DNA of 64,000 nucleotides. Origin: an uncultured virus (IMG/VR IMGVR_UViG_3300010163_001998). Lineage: Duplodnaviria > Heunggongvirae > Uroviricota > Caudoviricetes. A model generated the notes under the pieces. That model saw nothing but the letters and a program-made list of their open reading frames with translations, did no database searches and was not told where the DNA came from. The translations under genes were made by a program, and so were the position numbers. The stretch is from IMG/VR virus record IMGVR_UViG_3300010163_001998, one strand, 5' to 3'. Of the stretch, positions 60,261-64,000 are shown piece after piece (position 1 is the first letter of the stretch; the number at the start of each line of letters is the position of its first letter).

Positions 60261-60285
60261 CAAAATAAGAGTTTAGTAGTATAAT
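60257..60285 (+). promoter_or_regulatory. Consensus sigma-A promoter
   Basis: TTGACA-17 nt-TATAAT; the -35 overlaps the upstream TGA stop. Confidence 0.85.
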
Positions 60286-60372
60286 TAAGAAAATAAAGGG
60301 GGACATTATCCTAAAGCAAACAAAAGCCTTAACTATCTTAGCTTAAACAGTAAGCATAAAAAGGAGAACACT

Positions 60373-61326
60373 ATGTAAAAAGATTTAACAATCACTAAAA
60401 ATGGGCTTACAATCATTTTACCAAGGGATATGATAAAAAATGCTAAAAAGAAGGCATTAGACGTAGCAAAATCCATATCCACATCTGAAGAAAAAGTATA
60501 CAATTGTACAGATACACAATACATTGAAGCAGTAAATGGTTTATGTTATTTGGCTGAAAGAATCATTAAAGATTATACAGACAAGCTTGATATATTTGAT
60601 TATATTCCCTTAACAAAGCAGGGAAAATTTCCTAAGAATCAAACAATATTACTGGCAGACACTAAGATAGCTAATGTAGTAAACGGTGGTTACTATGTAG
60701 CTAAGTATAAATTGCAGTTAAGACTGGTAGAGGCTTATTCATCAACAGAAGACTTCATAAATAAAACATGTATAGAAAACACGCTGGCATTAGAAATTGA
60801 TTTATATCAAAAAGAATCAAAGACACTGCCAGTATTCAATTCAGATGGTATCCCTTCTAAAACAGAGAGGGCAAGAAACACTTATTTAAAGGATGATGAA
60901 ATCAAAGCAGGTTCATCTTATATAGATGCAAAAGGAACTGAATATCTATATCTTGGAAAACTGCGCTTAACAGGTGGAATACTAAAAGACAATGAAAGTG
61001 CTGATAACCTTGATACACGTAAGCTTTGTCCTGGACATGTATATACTAAAATGACAAAGCAATTAAAGAAGCTGCTGGAGCAGTCACAGTCAAATAGTTT
61101 AACGGAACTCGTAGACAAAATAGCAATAGCATACACAAATGCAGACAATATGTGGTGTGAAACCAGTAAAATTTCATGGAGGGAAAACCCAAGAAAGTTT
61201 ACCCAGTTGGTTACCACATATGTACAAGATGAGCCAATTGCAACACATACAATTACAACTGAGCCATATAAAAATTATGATGATAAAACCTTCAAATGGG
61301 GATTATACATCTCAAGAGAAGCTTAA
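60373..61326 (+). pseudogene. Hypothetical gene with a stop at codon 2 (possible restart at 60430)
   Basis: AAGGAG then ATG TAA; the same frame is open from 60379 into the 60430..61326 ORF. Confidence 0.6.
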
Positions 61327-61333
61327 GGTTTAA

Positions 61334-61603
61334 ATGAAAGAAGCGGACCACGTGAAGAACCAAACATAGGCAGTAAACCTACAAACAGAGACAGTAAATA
61401 AAGAAAATTATAACACTATTTTACAACTAAACGGTTCATCCCCTTTAGATCCAAGAAACCCAGATCACTTTGATCAAATCATAGAACTGTTTGACACCTC
61501 ACCAGACAAAGACTGGGAAGAATGAAAACGCATGATGGAAGAATCAAACAGGCTAATAGCAGAGGACACCAATTTGGACTTTGACTGGGATACAGATGAT
61601 TAA
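61334..61603 (+). pseudogene. Small gene remnant with two in-frame stops
   Basis: Single frame ATG 61334 to TAA 61603 interrupted by TAG 61367 and TGA 61523. Confidence 0.45.
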
Positions 61604-61652
61604 GTATTCCAGTCATCTCAAAGGATAAAAACAACAAAGAAAGGAAAAAAGC

Positions 61653-63347
61653 ATGAGTAATTCAAAGAAACCAATATCAAAAGAAGTATTAGTCAAGTCA
61701 ATTATAATTATTGCAACTTTAGCAGTAGAAATCTGGATAATTTGGTTACTTAAACAGCCCCTTAGGCTATCATCATTCTTATCCTGGGTAGAAATACTAA
61801 CAATGGCCTGGACAATAGCTTTTATAAGCTCCATAAATACAGCTGTTAACTATAACAAAAGAAAGAATACAATAATAAAAACACTATATAGCTTAGTAGA
61901 AATTGTAACAGTCATAGTTATAGTAGCTTGGATAGGAAGCACTGATGCATTCCATGCAAGAGAAAGAAACAGGTTTGTAGCTCAGCAAGTGAAAGTCATC
62001 ACAGATTCAGAGGAAACATCGGCATTTCCTAATTTGCTTGGAGAAAACAATGACACGAGTAATTTACCATTAATAGGGTTACCTGAAGCTATCAGGAGAA
62101 TAGAGACAGAGATGGGTAAACGCGCTGCATTAGGTAGTCAGTTTGGAATATTGAAGAGTGAAATTACATCTCAGAATATCAATGGTAGCTTGATGTACGT
62201 AGTTCCACTTGAACCTAAGAGTTGGTTACAATGGGATGACAATGGAAACAGGGGATACTTCATCATAGACAGAAACAATGGAAACATTGAATTTATTGAA
62301 ACATCCTTAGCAACAACAATTAAAGCTCCTTTTGGAAATAATGCAAAGAGAATACTTTACTCATACATGCTTAATAATGGTATAAACGGTAGAGTAACAG
62401 ATATTAGTCCAGAGATAGATGACAGTGGCAATTTCTTCTATGTAGCAACTGTATATGAAACAGATGGTATAGATGGAATGAGCAGAGTAACAGGTGTAAT
62501 TCAGTTAAATCCTTTTACAACAGAATGTGAGTTCTTCGGATTGGACAATATACCAGAATATATAGACAGGGTATTTCCTCAGTGGTTATTTGAAGATTAC
62601 TTAGAGTACTATGGAAAATATGAAAAGGGCTGGTTGAATTCATGGATAAAACAGAAAGGTGTTCAGGTAGCAACAGATGGAAGCGATATAGTTTATATAG
62701 ATGGAACATGTTACTACTATACTGGGTTTACACCTTCTGGAAAAGGTGAAAGCAGTAACGGAATTATGATGATGAACTGTAGGACAGGTGAGATAGAATA
62801 TCATGTAACCTACGGTATATCAGAAAACAGGGCAATAACAGTAGCACAAGGTAAGGTTCAGGAAAAGGAATATAGTGCATCATATCCATTATTACTGATG
62901 ATCAGTGGAGAAGAAACTTATTTCATGTTAATGAGAGATAAGAATAACAACTTAGTAGGATATGCATTTGTAAATTACAAGGATTATACTAAGTCAGCAG
63001 TAAATGAATCACTCTTAACAGCCCAAGCAGATTATATCAAGGCTTGTAATGAGATAAACACTGCAGATTTATTGAATAACATGGATTCAGAAGGTTTATC
63101 TTCAGATTCAGGAACAATATTACAGCTGGCAACAGAGGTAGTGGATAACAATACAATGTATTACATCCGAATTAAAGAGAGTGGACCAATATATACCTTC
63201 AGGAGCACCTTGGAGCCTGAAATAGTCTTCGCAAAAGAAGGAGACACAATCACCATAAGTTACATTCCATTAGCATCAGAAGCATCAAATGAAATAGGTA
63301 CTACAAAATTAATTCCAGCAGTTAAAGTAAAGCTGGGAGGCAACTAA
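61653..63347 (+). CDS. Membrane protein (three N-terminal TM helices, large extracytoplasmic domain)
   Basis: Hydrophobic N-terminus; AQGKVQEKEYSASYPLL motif; AAAGGA RBS. Confidence 0.85.
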   Translation: MSNSKKPISKEVLVKSIIIIATLAVEIWIIWLLKQPLRLSSFLSWVEILTMAWTIAFISSINTAVNYNKRKNTIIKTLYSLVEIVTVIVIVAWIGSTDAFHARERNRFVAQQVKVITDSEETSAFPNLLGENNDTSNLPLIGLPEAIRRIETEMGKRAALGSQFGILKSEITSQNINGSLMYVVPLEPKSWLQWDDNGNRGYFIIDRNNGNIEFIETSLATTIKAPFGNNAKRILYSYMLNNGINGRVTDISPEIDDSGNFFYVATVYETDGIDGMSRVTGVIQLNPFTTECEFFGLDNIPEYIDRVFPQWLFEDYLEYYGKYEKGWLNSWIKQKGVQVATDGSDIVYIDGTCYYYTGFTPSGKGESSNGIMMMNCRTGEIEYHVTYGISENRAITVAQGKVQEKEYSASYPLLLMISGEETYFMLMRDKNNNLVGYAFVNYKDYTKSAVNESLLTAQADYIKACNEINTADLLNNMDSEGLSSDSGTILQLATEVVDNNTMYYIRIKESGPIYTFRSTLEPEIVFAKEGDTITISYIPLASEASNEIGTTKLIPAVKVKLGGN

Positions 63348-63373
63348 AAACTATTACAAGGGGGAAAAAGAGC

Positions 63374-63601
63374 ATGAAAAAAGCATCCAACAAACCTAAA
63401 TTCAAAATAGGTCAAACAGTATATAACACTGTAAGCTGTATAGGTTCATATGAACCATCAAGGTGTGGAAAATATGAGAAACTGAAGATATCAAAGATTG
63501 AGCAACAGGGTGATACATTTGTATACACCTGTGATTATGATGGATACAAATTTAAAGAGAATGAACTGATAACAAGAGCAGAGTACAAAAGAATGATTTA
63601 G
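63374..63601 (+). CDS. Small phage-type hypothetical protein
   Basis: KFKIGQTVY...FKENEL; AAGGGG RBS. Confidence 0.75.
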   Translation: MKKASNKPKFKIGQTVYNTVSCIGSYEPSRCGKYEKLKISKIEQQGDTFVYTCDYDGYKFKENELITRAEYKRMI

Positions 63602-63612
63602 CACCTAAAACT

Positions 63613-63649
63613 AAGGGGTTCATTGATAAGATTCAGTGAACCCTTTTTT
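63613..63649 (+). terminator. Intrinsic terminator
   Basis: aaggggttcattga / tcagtgaacccttt + T run. Confidence 0.85.
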
Positions 63650-64000
63650 ATAAAGAATTAGCTTATTGCAATATCACAGAATCATTCTTTTTTGTTTTTA
63701 TCTCTCTTCAAGGATACCGTTATTTTTACATTGTACTCAATAGGAGTTAAATTTTTGTTTTATTATAACATTAATATAGGCATATAGATATTTATGTTAT
63801 ATTAATTAAAATAATAAACAAGGGGATATACATTAAAAAAGTAGCTAATTGTCCATAAAAAGATTGGTTAAGATACCTAAAATTAGAAGCATTAAGTAAA
63901 TTTTAGTAATACATCAATAAAAATTTAATAGCATGTAATATTAAAATCAAATAAGGGTTAAAAATTTCAGGGTGGAGATTGATGGTCGCACTGCATTAGA

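Noticed and set aside
61139..61333. 64-aa alternative-frame ORF
   Set aside because: Lies almost wholly inside the 60430..61326 ORF with no RBS
42046..61603. Stop-codon reassignment (alternative genetic code)
   Set aside because: TAG, TGA and TAA all end intact genes, long ORFs are uninterrupted in code 11, and the internal stops are of three different types
239..62709. Numerous minus-strand ORFs of 60-184 aa
   Set aside because: They are antisense shadows of A-rich + strand genes, with F/L/S/I-biased composition and no RBS or motifs
63660..63870. Minus-strand fragments SFYGQL and LTPIEY reminiscent of an IS3-family transposase end
   Set aside because: Short motifs broken by stops and frameshifts, with no terminal repeats; cannot be told from chance without a translated search
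63960..64000. GC-richer stretch at the window end (gene start or RNA?)
   Set aside because: Truncated by the window edge and too short to call

Overview
AT-rich, gene-dense 64 kb segment in which essentially every credible gene is on the + strand (standard genetic code). It looks like the replication/recombination/transcription region of a large mobile element (jumbo phage or megaplasmid) of a Clostridia/Lachnospiraceae-like host; the host assignment is inferred from sigma-A promoters, AGGAGG RBSs, Firmicutes-type LexA boxes and the cargo genes. No virion genes, rRNA, tRNA or CRISPR array were recognised. Recognisable content: family A DNA polymerase with a mini-intein, beta-clamp-like and delta-like proteins, a primase split into two genes, a Rad50/SbcC split at the zinc hook plus SbcD, an SSB-like protein, three sigma-like factors, a Dam-like methylase, two nuclease + Mom-like GNAT fusion genes, an EAL-HDOD/HipA-like kinase operon, BspA-type LRR proteins, a giant FtsK/HerA-type ATPase, YhaM, FtsH, a J-domain protein and a chemoreceptor. 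Most notable observations: repeated splitting of normally single-chain enzymes, an RBS/start-codon duplication flanking a nuclease-GNAT gene, an unnamed N-terminal module shared by four proteins, two candidate frameshifts, clustered SOS boxes and a decaying operon. All protein calls are by eye from motifs; no database search was run.
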